The notes beneath the pieces were generated by a model. The model saw nothing but the letters and a program-made list of their open reading frames with translations. It made no database searches and was not told the origin of the DNA. Positions 25,801 through 34,524 of a stretch of DNA of 64,000 bases are shown one piece after another. Every line of letters begins with the position of its first letter. The stretch's first letter is position 1. A program made the position numbers and the translations under genes. Source of the DNA: a virus; IMG/VR virus record IMGVR_UViG_3300035088_000013, positions 22,303 through 86,302 of that record. One strand, 5' to 3'.

Positions 25801-28114
25801 TCCGCGCTACCGCGATCATCGCCTTGGCGAAGTACGGCAGGGCCTGCGCGGTGATCCCGGCCAGCCATTTGAGGAAGTCTTGCCAGTAAGGGGAGGAGAA
25901 CTCGGTCAGCAAGATACTCATCGCGCCGCCGATGGCCGCGGACACCTGCTGCGCGAACTGGATCAACGTCGGCATCATCGCGCCGAAGAACCGCTTCAGC
26001 CCCTGCTCGAGCGGCCCGGCGAACCCCTGCGCGGCTTTCAACAGCCCGGAGAAATCCAGCGACCGCAAGTACTTGACCAGCGACGCGGCGGCGGGGGTGA
26101 GCTTGGCGAGTTTCTTCGCCGCGTCGTCGGCGGCGGTCCCGGTCCCGGCGAGGGCGACGTTCTGCTGCTGCTGGGCGCGGGTGACCGCGCGTTCCGCGTC
26201 GGCGACCGATTGGGCGGCCTGCACACGCTGGTAGGCGGCGTCGGACTCGGCCTTCGCCAAGGCCTTACGCGCGTCGGCGATCTTGGTAGCGCCGTCCTGC
26301 TCGACCTGGACCTGGTCTTTGATGGCCTTCGCGTACACGGCGCGCCGGTCGGCCAGCTCCTTCTCCGCCTTCAGCTCGGCTTGCTTCGCGGCGACGACCC
26401 GGTCCGAGCCTTCGATGCCTTGCTTGTCCTGCTTGGCTTTCTCCTCGCCGAGCCGTTTCGCCTGGGTCTGGAGATCGTCGTTCTGCGTGGACAGCCGGTC
26501 GTAGTTGAGTTGCGCCTGGTCGCGTTGGGCTTTCGTCGACGCCGGGTTCGCCAGAACCTCGTTGAGGTTCTGTTGCGCGGCGGCCAGATCGAGGGCGTTC
26601 TGCCGCTGGTCCTCACTGTTGTGGGCGATCTGGGAGGCGAGGTCTTCCTCATCGCGGCGGGCCTGCTCGCGGGCGTCGTTGACGGCCTGCTGGGCGGCGG
26701 CGACGTCGAGGGTGGCCTGTTTGACCGCGTTGTAGGCGTCGCGGGTGCGCGCGGCGGCGGCCTGCTCGTCGGCGGCGACCTGCTTGGCGACGGTGCCCAC
26801 ATTTTTGCGGGCGTCGGCGACCTGCTGGTCGGCGGCCTGGGCCTGCCGGGCGGCGGACACCTTGGTCCGGGCCAAATTCCGTTCGGCGTCGGCGGCGGCG
26901 TTGGTGTCCTGGACCGATTTCGCCGCGGTGCGGCCTTGCTGGGTTTGCGCTTTCCCGACCGCCATGTAGGCGGCGATGATCGGGGTGAGTCCGGCGAGCA
27001 GCACCCCGAACGCCCCGGCGGCCACGGCGATACCGATCCCGATCGCGCCGAGGATCGGCACGACCGCGGCGAGGGCCGGGACGAGGACGGCGGCGATCAG
27101 CCCGCCGACGGCGATCATGGCTCCGAACTTGATCGCCACCCCCGATGCGGCGAAGTCGAGGACTTTCATCGCCCCGGCGGCCAGCAGCGCCGACGCTGTG
27201 ACGCCGGTGAGCTGGGTCTCGACCTCGGCGAGTTTCGCGGAGGCCGCGCCGACGTCGGCGTCGATGTTGACGTGCCCGGACCGCTTGAGCAGCTCCAGCT
27301 CCGCGATCAGCTCCGCGACCTTCGCCTTCGCGGCGGCGGCGTCGATGTCGACCCCGATCCGCTGGGACGAGAGGGTCGCGAGGGATGCTTTGATCTCGGC
27401 GATCTTCTCTTCGGCCGGGGACGCGTCGACGCCGGGCCGGATGTCGGGCAGCGTCTTGTTCGCGGCCTCGAGGGCGGCGCGCAGCTTCGTCGCGAACGCG
27501 CCCTCGTCGACCTGTGGTTCGACCTGCGGGGTGGCGTGCTCGCGGCCGAGGGCCTTCAGCTCGGCGTGCAACGCGGTCAGCTCCGCCATCGTCTTGACCG
27601 CGTTGGTGTCGATCCGGATGTCGGGGTGCTCGGTTTTGAGTTTCTCGATCTCCCGGGCGAGGGCGGAGGACTGCTGCCGCAACAGCTGCAGTTTCGCGAC
27701 GGCCTCGTCGGTGTCGATGTCGACGCCGATCTGTTTGTTGGCCAACTCCAGCAGCTCTTTACGGATGTGGGCGGCCTTCTTGTCGACGTCGCTGGAGTCG
27801 GCGGTCAAGGTGACCTGGGGGAGGCCCTTGACCGCCTTGGCGACACCCGCCTTGAGCTTGGCGGCGAAGTGGTCGCCGAAGTCGTGCCCGGCTCCGTCGG
27901 CCTCGGCGGCGATGCCCCGGCGGGTGTCGCGGACGCCCCGGATGATGCTGGAGGACACCTGGCGGCCGATCGGCGCGGCGATGCGGCGGCCGAGCTGCTC
28001 GCCGGTGGTGGCGGCCTGGGCGTCGAGCTGGCGGCGGACGGCTTCGCCGAAGCCGCGGGCGTTGGGTACGACATCGACTTCGACCTGGCCGATGTGCTCG
28101 TCGGGGGAGGTCAC
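22802..28114 (-). CDS. Tape measure protein with a C-terminal NlpC/P60-like domain
   Basis: 1770 aa, Ala-rich coiled coil, Trp-periodic repeats, YDCSGLV...H motif. Confidence 0.95.
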   Translation of the reverse strand: MTSPDEHIGQVEVDVVPNARGFGEAVRRQLDAQAATTGEQLGRRIAAPIGRQVSSSIIRGVRDTRRGIAAEADGAGHDFGDHFAAKLKAGVAKAVKGLPQVTLTADSSDVDKKAAHIRKELLELANKQIGVDIDTDEAVAKLQLLRQQSSALAREIEKLKTEHPDIRIDTNAVKTMAELTALHAELKALGREHATPQVEPQVDEGAFATKLRAALEAANKTLPDIRPGVDASPAEEKIAEIKASLATLSSQRIGVDIDAAAAKAKVAELIAELELLKRSGHVNIDADVGAASAKLAEVETQLTGVTASALLAAGAMKVLDFAASGVAIKFGAMIAVGGLIAAVLVPALAAVVPILGAIGIGIAVAAGAFGVLLAGLTPIIAAYMAVGKAQTQQGRTAAKSVQDTNAAADAERNLARTKVSAARQAQAADQQVADARKNVGTVAKQVAADEQAAAARTRDAYNAVKQATLDVAAAQQAVNDAREQARRDEEDLASQIAHNSEDQRQNALDLAAAQQNLNEVLANPASTKAQRDQAQLNYDRLSTQNDDLQTQAKRLGEEKAKQDKQGIEGSDRVVAAKQAELKAEKELADRRAVYAKAIKDQVQVEQDGATKIADARKALAKAESDAAYQRVQAAQSVADAERAVTRAQQQQNVALAGTGTAADDAAKKLAKLTPAAASLVKYLRSLDFSGLLKAAQGFAGPLEQGLKRFFGAMMPTLIQFAQQVSAAIGGAMSILLTEFSSPYWQDFLKWLAGITAQALPYFAKAMIAVARTVAGLLKAFAPVAGPIGKGFLDILQKIAVWADNLGQSKGFQDFLAYAMAELPKVGALLKSMFGAVKNLIIALAPIGDWALGFFTKLFDYIAGIDTGTLTTILGFLIGGAAAIAGLASVAKVITVLNTVGGAIKGIATFLGLVPPAAGAAAASVEGAGTAAVAAEGAAAAGAEGMGAAFTAALGPIGLIIAAVVAIGVGLVVLYKKNQAFRDFVDRTWKAISGFIVMAWQNYILPALKAVGDFIMTKLVPVLLWLWQNVVIPAFQGIWAAVKLYWGYLQILFKIWWAFMSQVLAPVFVWLWQNVIVPAFAGIWAAIQAAWAVIQPVLQAIWGFITGTLAPIFVWLWQSVIVPAFAGIWAAIQAAWSVIQVVLQAIWWFISNVLAPIFLWFWQTIILRAWQGIQLAISVAWGIIRIIFGIIRLWVEGIIAPMFMALWHGVIEPVFTGIWTVIKWAWGLIKFIFDAVKTYVSTVLGPIFTWFRDHVITPVWDAVHAKISEIWDKVKIVFDIISTYIQTKVAPLFGQGVEAIKTAWSKLQDIMKEPVRFVIETVINKGIIGTLNDVGTALHVPDFQITPIKLPKGFAVGGPVRGPGTGTSDSILARLSDDEHVWTAAEVAAIGGHDNMLKLRRAALAGRLSELAGFAAGGAVNVRPRIGADGLPGYAGGGGVFGWIGDKAKTVGKVVSDFAGAALDAVKDPRKFLTNLADKLMAQIPFQDSEWFKLLAGIPKRITDVAVTWLKKITGSYTQPGDTKPWTGTLSPDPMLKSMQEWALGQRGKTYLWSAVGPDRYDCSGLVGNLWALATGNSLYRRYMTTAGMGAGRYGMEKGPGRFTIYLKKGSHTAANIDGLHAEAYHGNGTPLAIGHVGTRLSYYDDILHLPGLASGGQVSPSILNAPYDERLKAFLRFGWPEPGIGIPSFDRGGLLPDTRRYPGQVMPVYHGSATPDAVLTDQQWTDMHTLARAAAGWGARGGLNIENYHEHGADPSVVARDLDWLARGLG

Positions 28115-28141
28115 GGCGGGTGATCCCCTCCCCTCGGGTCG

Positions 28142-28747
28142 CTATTCAGGTGGTGGTGGGTGTTGCGGGCCGCCGCGCAGCTGCTGGCGTAGCCAGTTCC
28201 GTTCGGCGGGGCCGAGCTGTTTCGGGGGTGCGGCGGCGATGTGCGCGGGCATGTCCGGCCCGTCTGAGACGGCGCTGGCGGCTGCGGCGCGGCGCAGCCG
28301 CATGGTGGTGAGGAAGTCCCGCCCGGCCGGGCTCAGGCGGCGTTTCGCGGACGGGGCGACCCCGGGGCGCGGGTATTGGGCGGGGCGTGCGGGTTTACCG
28401 CCTTGGGCGTGGTAGACGGCATACCGCAGCCAGCGGATCTCGTCGACGATCATGCCCAAATGCATGTCGGTGTTGGAGTACGGCCCGTACCCGGCCCACT
28501 CGCCGTCCTCGTCGTCGTCGGGTTGGCCTTGGGGGGTGGGGCCGAGGCTGTCGCGGATGGCGGTCTTCATGGCCGACTCCACCGGCAGCCGGTCCAGCAG
28601 CACCCCGAGGCGTCGCCACGTCAGCCGGGACTCACCACCGCAGGGCCGCCACAGATCACGCAGATCGATGCCGTAGTGGAAGGCGAGGTCGCCTTCTACC
28701 TCCGTCGGCCATTGCGTAAGGAGCCGCGTTGTACGTCGGCTTTTCCC
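28142..28747 (-). CDS. Tail assembly chaperone, -1 frameshift extension
   Basis: Frame is open from the slippery site: ...EVEGDLAFHYGIDLRDLW...LTWRRLGVLLDRLP. Confidence 0.85.
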   Translation of the reverse strand, partial: GKSRRTTRLLTQWPTEVEGDLAFHYGIDLRDLWRPCGGESRLTWRRLGVLLDRLPVESAMKTAIRDSLGPTPQGQPDDDEDGEWAGYGPYSNTDMHLGMIVDEIRWLRYAVYHAQGGKPARPAQYPRPGVAPSAKRRLSPAGRDFLTTMRLRRAAAASAVSDGPDMPAHIAAAPPKQLGPAERNWLRQQLRGGPQHPPPPE

Positions 28748-29181
28748 AGGTCCTCACCGGTGAGTTTCTGCCAGACCTCGAGCATTTCCATGACCTCGTC
28801 GACCGTGGGGTCGACCCCGATCCAGATCTTGTAGTCCGGCTCGAACAGGCACAGCTGCGCCCACGCGTCCAGGTTCCCCTCATGCAGCGACGAGAGCGCG
28901 GAGGCCCGCCATTGGCCGCGGGGGATGACGTGGACGAGGTCGCCGTGCGGGCCGAGCGGGACGGCGACGGCCCCGTCGGGGATGTCCTCGAGGACGGTTT
29001 CGGCCTGTGCCGCGGGGACATCCCCGCCGTTGGCGAGGGCGGTCTGCTCTTCGATCCATTTACGGTCACCGTCGGTGAGCGGCGGCCCTTCGACCTTCGG
29101 CTCGGCAGCGGGCGTGGACGGTGGCCGCCGGGCAGGCTGACGCTTCGCGGGTGTGCTCTTACGCGCCGGTGACGTAGCCAT
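28696..29181 (-). CDS. Tail assembly chaperone
   Basis: Between major tail and tape measure genes; ends ...EDLGK. Confidence 0.85.
   Translation of the reverse strand: MATSPARKSTPAKRQPARRPPSTPAAEPKVEGPPLTDGDRKWIEEQTALANGGDVPAAQAETVLEDIPDGAVAVPLGPHGDLVHVIPRGQWRASALSSLHEGNLDAWAQLCLFEPDYKIWIGVDPTVDEVMEMLEVWQKLTGEDLGKADVQRGSLRNGRRR
28741..28747 (-). other. Programmed -1 frameshift site GGGAAAA
   Basis: G GGA AAA near the 3' end of the chaperone ORF; the -1 frame joins ORF 28142-28603. Confidence 0.85.
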
Positions 29182-29255
29182 GCATTTTCCCCCTCGAAAC
29201 GGGCCGATCTTCACGATAGGGATCGGGAGGGCCGCCGGTGGGGTTTTCCCCCGGT

Positions 29256-29894
29256 CTACGGCACCACCAGCGCGTCGAGGACGTAGAACCAGTGGATCGC
29301 TACGCCGTCGGTGCCGGGGTAGGCGGTGAACGTGACCCCGTAGGTGAGCGGCGCGCCCGGCGCGGCGGCGAAGTCTTCCTGGCCGGTGACCTCCAATTGC
29401 GGGACGAGCGCGCGCACATGGTTCTTGCCGTCGACGATGTCGAAGTACGCCGCGTACAGCTGGCTGCGGGCGGACCCTTCTTGGATGTCGAACGATCCGT
29501 CGGAGTCGTCGACGGTGATACCGGGGTCGGTCGGTTGTGCCGGGGGGCCGAGCGGCAGCTCGTGGTAGATCGCCAGCGACACCGGGTTGCTCTCGAGGAA
29601 CTTGATCGAGAAGGTGGTCGTGCGGGACGTCTTGATGATCCGCACCGGAACGGACGACCCGTACGCGTTGACCTCGTTGGTGTTCACGTTGACGGCGCGG
29701 GTGAGGCCGTCCTCGGTGATCCAGCCGGGGTCGAACCACGGCGGGGTCGGGGCGGCCGGGGCTACGGGCTGCACCGGGTCGGTCAACGCGTCGACGGGCA
29801 TGGTGGCTCCGACGTTGGCGAACATCGCCAGGGCGGTACCGGCAGCACCGCCACCACTTATTCCGGCCAGGATCAGATTTCGGTTGGCGGTCAT
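29256..29894 (-). CDS. Major tail protein
   Basis: GWITEDGL...VR...FLESN...DG...YGVTFTAYP. Confidence 0.9.
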   Translation of the reverse strand: MTANRNLILAGISGGGAAGTALAMFANVGATMPVDALTDPVQPVAPAAPTPPWFDPGWITEDGLTRAVNVNTNEVNAYGSSVPVRIIKTSRTTTFSIKFLESNPVSLAIYHELPLGPPAQPTDPGITVDDSDGSFDIQEGSARSQLYAAYFDIVDGKNHVRALVPQLEVTGQEDFAAAPGAPLTYGVTFTAYPGTDGVAIHWFYVLDALVVP

Positions 29895-29989
29895 CCCACT
29901 GGGTCCTTCCATCGTGGACATGCGGAGGACCCCGACACCGGCACGGTGCGGGGTGGTGAACGCGGCGAGGAGAACTGCTCATGCAGTGG

Positions 29990-30535
29990 TCACGGCGTGG
30001 GGTTGCGGTAGCGGACGTTGAGCCGCACCGCCCCACCGAAGCGACGCACGTCGGAGGCGTCGTCGTAGAACAGCAGCGTCGGGCGGCGCACCTCGGTGAC
30101 CCGGTTGACCCACATGGAGCCGTCGGCGGTGATGTAGCCGCTCGAGTCGAGCAGCGCGGCGCGGGTCTGCGCGGCGATCTGCTTGGCGGTGGTCCGGGAT
30201 CCGGCGTAGCCGTCGTAGTCGATGACGGCGGTGTCATGGGCAGGGACCAGCTGCCCGCCGCCGGGGGTCTCCTGGATCTGCACGATCGGCAGGTGCCGTT
30301 CGATGTCGGCGGGCAGCTCGGTAACCACCCGCACCGTCAAAGCCGGGCCGAGCAGCTCCACAACGAGCCGTTCCACGTCCGAGACGACAGTGTCCGGGGG
30401 AGCCCACCATGATCCGTCGCCGGGGCTCAGCGCGACGGAGACGGACAAACCCCCGGCACCGGTATGACCGGCTACCCCGGTGGGTGCGCCGCCCGCTACG
30501 CCCGCACTAACGGCCAGCAGCAGGTCGGCGGTCAC
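29990..30535 (-). CDS. Tail terminator-like protein
   Basis: DVERLVV..L...ELP..LP.VQ...GG pattern; immediately before the major tail gene. Confidence 0.7.
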   Translation of the reverse strand: MTADLLLAVSAGVAGGAPTGVAGHTGAGGLSVSVALSPGDGSWWAPPDTVVSDVERLVVELLGPALTVRVVTELPADIERHLPIVQIQETPGGGQLVPAHDTAVIDYDGYAGSRTTAKQIAAQTRAALLDSSGYITADGSMWVNRVTEVRRPTLLFYDDASDVRRFGGAVRLNVRYRNPTP

Positions 30536-30891
30536 GGCCGCAAGACCCAGCCCGGGTCTAGGGCTTCACCGTCACCGGCGGCCACGACAGCGGGATCCCC
30601 GACGCCGTCCCCCCTTGGCAGCCCGCCACCTTCGCATTCGAGGCCGGGGCCGCCGGGCACGGGCGGGGGACCAGGTGGAACGGGGTAGGGGTGGGGGCCA
30701 GGCTCAGGGTGGGGAGTGGGTACAGGCTTCGGGCCAGGTACCGGCGGCACCGTCGGTGCCGACTTGTCGGTGTATCGGACGCGGCCTTCCCGCACGAGTA
30801 CAGAAGCCTCATAGCGTGGCATCTCCTTGGTGGTGCCGATCTCGGCGAGGTTCGGCGAGTAGACGACCAGCACCGTCACGTTCTCGTCCAC
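30532..30891 (-). CDS. Hypothetical Pro-rich protein
   Basis: Coupled to the downstream gene. Confidence 0.6.
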   Translation of the reverse strand: MDENVTVLVVYSPNLAEIGTTKEMPRYEASVLVREGRVRYTDKSAPTVPPVPGPKPVPTPHPEPGPHPYPVPPGPPPVPGGPGLECEGGGLPRGDGVGDPAVVAAGDGEALDPGWVLRP

Positions 30892-30934
30892 GAGTGGACC
30901 CCCGTTCGTGGGTTGCTGTGGTTGAGGACTCTTG

Positions 30935-31192
30935 CTAGGTGGAGCGGGTTTGTGGACCGGCGGCCTCGAACAACGCCTTGTACTGGTCGCTGGTGATCCG
31001 CGGGTCGATCTCCACCTGTTTCCACGAGTTCGGGTCGACGTCCGGCTCGTCGTCGTGGACGCCGTACTGTTGGGCCAGGGTCGGCCGCGGCGGCAACGGC
31101 GGCCACGAGCGGGCGGTGAAGTCGTCGCACACCTGCTGAAGGGTGAGCCGCCGGTTGGCCAGATCGTCGAGCAGCTGCTTCACCGTCGCCAC
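30935..31192 (-). CDS. Small protein after the zeta-like toxin (candidate immunity)
   Basis: AAGGGAG SD, GTG 31192, 13 nt after the toxin stop; paralog at 6127-6399. Confidence 0.85.
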   Translation of the reverse strand: MATVKQLLDDLANRRLTLQQVCDDFTARSWPPLPPRPTLAQQYGVHDDEPDVDPNSWKQVEIDPRITSDQYKALFEAAGPQTRST

Positions 31193-31205
31193 CGTTTGTG
31201 CTCCC

Positions 31206-32165
31206 TTACTGGCCGATGCGGCCGTTGTTCGCGACCAGGACCGGATCCCTGCCGTCGACCGAGTTGTCGTAGTGCGCCCAATTCGAGAAGCCACTCTTGA
31301 GTCCCTCGAACACGTCCATGTTCACCGTTCTACCGGAGGAGGTCTTCTGCGCGCGGATGATCCGCGGGTCGACATACCGGCCGCCGTGCCCTTCGCCTTT
31401 GAGCCACTTGTTCACGCCCCTCTTGTACCGGCCCATGGCCCGCTGGACACTCTTCTCCACCGGAATGTCCACGAACAGGCCGTCGACCTGGCCGTAGCCT
31501 GCTGCCTTGAGCGCCTTGACCCGGCCGCGTACGGAGCTGTCGGAGCTCATGGTGATGTCCCAGATGACGTTCTTGTGGTCGGCGTACGCCCTCGCCGCGA
31601 GCGCCTTCGCGATGTCGGAGGACTCCTCGTGCACGAGTCCGGCGCGTTCCATCGGGGAGAACTCTTCACCCCCGGGCACCTCGGGCATCAGGCCACGCTT
31701 GGCCAATTCCTCCTTGATGTCATCCGGGTTGATCGTCAGGAACCGGGACTTGTCCACGCCCGCGTGCTTATTGAGCACGCTGCTTTTCCCGGCCCCGCCC
31801 AATCCTCCGGCGATGATCGCCTTGCCCTCGTTCGGCACGTGAGCGGCCTTCGCGTACAGGTCGTCGACGATCTGCCGGTGCACGTCGGCCCGCTCGGCCG
31901 ACCACCGGCCGCCATCCATGTGAGTGACGTCGGTCGAGAGGGTCGGCGACACTTCCTTGGCGAGCTTGCCGACCTTCTCGCCGCGCACCGTCAACTGTTC
32001 GTCGGTGAACTGGCCGGTGAGCGGGGTCAGGTGGGTCGTGGTGCCGGTGCTGCCCCGGGTGATGACCTTGATATCCGGGCCGCCCCGGCCGCCGCCGCCG
32101 TGGCCGTGGGAGAACTTCCCCGTCAGATCCCGCGGGTGCAGCGACTCTTCCCAGCGTCTGTTCAT
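31206..32165 (-). CDS. Zeta-toxin-like P-loop kinase with an N-terminal HPRD tag
   Basis: ATGA overlap; Walker A GGLGGAGKSS, INPDDIK, VHEESS, NVIWDIT, GGRYV. Confidence 0.8.
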   Translation of the reverse strand: MNRRWEESLHPRDLTGKFSHGHGGGGRGGPDIKVITRGSTGTTTHLTPLTGQFTDEQLTVRGEKVGKLAKEVSPTLSTDVTHMDGGRWSAERADVHRQIVDDLYAKAAHVPNEGKAIIAGGLGGAGKSSVLNKHAGVDKSRFLTINPDDIKEELAKRGLMPEVPGGEEFSPMERAGLVHEESSDIAKALAARAYADHKNVIWDITMSSDSSVRGRVKALKAAGYGQVDGLFVDIPVEKSVQRAMGRYKRGVNKWLKGEGHGGRYVDPRIIRAQKTSSGRTVNMDVFEGLKSGFSNWAHYDNSVDGRDPVLVANNGRIGQ

Positions 32166-32461
32166 CGACGCACCTCCGCGACGGCCCGGGCCAGAACGCG
32201 CCGGGCATGCATGTACCGCGTCCCAAACTCCAGATATGCCGCATATGGGGCGGTATTGAAGACGGTGGCGGAGGCGTAGCCCTTGCTGTTGAGGCCCGCC
32301 CGGTAGTGCCACGACCGGCGGTAGCGGCCGGTCCGCACCGGGGAGAGGTCTTGGGCGCGTTCCTTCACGCGGGCGGCGCGGACCCGCATCGCCTCGATCA
32401 TGTAGGGGGCGCGCAGCATCGCCTGGACACCACCGGGGTAGAGCGTCGTATGGGTAGGCAC
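32162..32461 (-). CDS. HK97 gp10-like tail completion protein
   Basis: SPVRTGRYRRSW...PYAAYLEFGT. Confidence 0.85.
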   Translation of the reverse strand: MPTHTTLYPGGVQAMLRAPYMIEAMRVRAARVKERAQDLSPVRTGRYRRSWHYRAGLNSKGYASATVFNTAPYAAYLEFGTRYMHARRVLARAVAEVRR

Positions 32462-32483
32462 CCCGGTCCCCTTTCCGTTCCGC

Positions 32484-33185
32484 TCAGCCGGTGGTGTGCA
32501 CGGCGCGGACGACGACCCCGGCGGTGACACCCAAAACCGGCTCGGTGATCACGGTGGGTTCTCCGTCGATCGACCAGCGGGCCCCGCCGATCAGCAGCCG
32601 GTCGATGGCCTTCACCTTCGTGCCGGGCGGGAACACCACGGTGCGGGACCGGGTGACCCTCGAGTCGCCGGTGGCGGTCGAGGTGGCCGATTGGTCGAGT
32701 TGGCCGAGGGTCACCCCGCGGACCTTGACCGGGGTCTCCCCGTACACGTCGTTGCCGTAGGCGTCCCGGCCGGTCACGACCCGCCGCAAGACGGTGACCG
32801 TGACCCCGCCGATCGGGGTCGGCGCGTTCCCGCCGACCCGGATCTGGGCTTCGAGGTGCGCGGGGACGGGGAACACGGTCGTGGGGCCGCGTTCGGCGAC
32901 GGCCTGGATCGACCCGGACCGGCCGTCGGCGAGGGTGACTTTCGACCCGGTCGGCACATCCGACCCGAGCAGGCAGAACAACCGGATCGTGGTGTCGGTG
33001 ACGGTGTCGCGTCCTTGACGGCCGCTCGAGGGGGCCTCGTCGAGCAGGCACCGCAACGGGTAGGCGGGGTCCCACGTGTCGACGTCCCGGTACGGCTGGA
33101 CCTGGACGGTGTCGGTGAGCAGCACCAGCGGCACCCGGCCTGCGGTGTGCCTGCCTCGCCCGTTCGTCCGGGCCCGGCCGATCAT
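32484..33185 (-). CDS. Head-to-tail stopper (head closure), apparently two tandem domains
   Basis: TVTVLR...DAYGN...PPGT.V.A.DR...W.IDGEP; similar beta pattern in the N-terminal half. Confidence 0.7.
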   Translation of the reverse strand: MIGRARTNGRGRHTAGRVPLVLLTDTVQVQPYRDVDTWDPAYPLRCLLDEAPSSGRQGRDTVTDTTIRLFCLLGSDVPTGSKVTLADGRSGSIQAVAERGPTTVFPVPAHLEAQIRVGGNAPTPIGGVTVTVLRRVVTGRDAYGNDVYGETPVKVRGVTLGQLDQSATSTATGDSRVTRSRTVVFPPGTKVKAIDRLLIGGARWSIDGEPTVITEPVLGVTAGVVVRAVHTTG

Positions 33186-33958
33186 CAGCGCACCCACGGG
33201 GGTTGCGGGTTCAGCCCGGCAGCGCGCAGGATGTCGGCGGCCTGCGACGGGAGGCGGGTCGATTGGCCTTTCGCTTGACCGGCGGTGGCGCGGCCGACGG
33301 AGATCGACCCCGCCGACAAGCTCCCGTACACCGCGAGGGAACCGGCGGGGTCGCCGGTGTCGTTCCACCACGACACGATTTCGCAAACAGCGTCACGGAC
33401 CGCTGCGCGTTGTTCCGGGTCGGAGGGGAAGCCGTTGTCGTCGACGTTGTACCGGGCCGTGAGCAGCATCAAATCGACTTCGCGGGTGGCGTCGGCGAGC
33501 ATCCGCTCACAATCCGGGGGCGGGCTGTCCCGCAGGTACGCGGCCAGATCCGCGCTGGTGGCGTACGAGTAGCCGACCGGGTCGGCCAGCCGATCCGGGG
33601 CGACCGTGACCTCGTGGACGATGCGGCCGTTGCCGGTGCCGGTGACGGTCCACACGTGATACCACAAGCCGCCGACGTCGTAGGGGGCGACGACCGCCGT
33701 CCATATCTTGCCGCCTTGGGAGCTGGTCGCGGTCATCGGCAGCACCCGCCGGGTCATGCTGTCCGGCAGCGGCGGAATCGGCGGCCCGGGCGGCGGCGTA
33801 GGCGGGATCGGCGGTGCCGGTGCCGGGGGGAACGGTGACACGGGCGGGCCGGGGGGTGCCTGCACCGGCGGGGAGTACACGACCAGCGACGCAACCGTCG
33901 AACCGTCGAACCGGTCCAGCTCGAGCCGGGCGACCTGCGCGATACCGACCTCGGGCAT
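33185..33958 (-). CDS. Head-to-tail adaptor with an extra N-terminal domain
   Basis: YATSADL...L..A...VD...RDAVC...AGSIS...A..IL..AGL. Confidence 0.75.
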   Translation of the reverse strand: MPEVGIAQVARLELDRFDGSTVASLVVYSPPVQAPPGPPVSPFPPAPAPPIPPTPPPGPPIPPLPDSMTRRVLPMTATSSQGGKIWTAVVAPYDVGGLWYHVWTVTGTGNGRIVHEVTVAPDRLADPVGYSYATSADLAAYLRDSPPPDCERMLADATREVDLMLLTARYNVDDNGFPSDPEQRAAVRDAVCEIVSWWNDTGDPAGSLAVYGSLSAGSISVGRATAGQAKGQSTRLPSQAADILRAAGLNPQPPWVR

Positions 33959-33980
33959 GGTCGCCTCCTTCTCGGCTTTG

Positions 33981-34277
33981 TCAGATGGTGTGGGCGCGGG
34001 TGGCGGCCTGGTCCGCGGTCACGGCGGCGGCGGTGTCGGCCGCGGCGGCGGACGGCCCGGCCGCGACGGAGACAGCGGTGGTGATGTCGTCGCGGGAGGT
34101 CGCGGCCGGACCGTGCGGGGCCGGGGCGGCGGGGTTCACGGCCGGTCCGGCAGGCCACGGCGGGGGGTCTTGCGCGCGGCCGGTCACCGCCGCCTGGACG
34201 GTGAGGACGGCTTGCGGGCGGGCCGCGGGCGGCCCACCGATGTCGATGCCGGAGGGAAGCAGCAGGACCAGCAGCAC
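33981..34277 (-). CDS. Hypothetical Ala/Thr-rich protein
   Basis: Fills the gap in the operon; start uncertain. Confidence 0.4.
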   Translation of the reverse strand: MLLVLLLPSGIDIGGPPAARPQAVLTVQAAVTGRAQDPPPWPAGPAVNPAAPAPHGPAATSRDDITTAVSVAAGPSAAAADTAAAVTADQAATRAHTI

Positions 34278-34303
34278 GCCCGACCACCCCGCCCCTTTTT
34301 TTG

Positions 34304-34524
34304 TCAGGTCACCCGAAGCCACACCGCGGGTGGGCCGATCGCGCCTCCACCCCAGGTGGCGAGGTTGTATGGCGGGAAGACCGTCAGCGACGGGACGCTG
34401 ATGTTGAAGTTTGTTCCCGGGTTGGTGTTCACCCCCGGGTTGAACATTCCGACGGTTGGGCGCTGCGAGGTCGAGCCGAGAGAGGCGGGGCTGAACGCGG
34501 TAGCACCGATCCTCGCCTCCGGTT
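34304..34524 (-). pseudogene. Probable orphan C-terminal fragment of a fibre-like gene
   Basis: Protein-like frame ending PPAVWLRVT* directly after the stop of 34525-35886, no convincing start. Confidence 0.4.

Noticed and set aside
23939-28123. 1394-aa plus-strand ORF and other long overlapping ORFs (15903-17969, 55982-58210, 10227-11825, 59080-60732)
   Set aside because: Shadow frames of real genes, expected at this GC content; low-complexity Arg/Gly/Pro translations
6127-31192. Diversity-generating retroelement template/variable repeat pair
   Set aside because: No reverse transcriptase seen and the differences are not adenine-specific; both copies are intact ORFs
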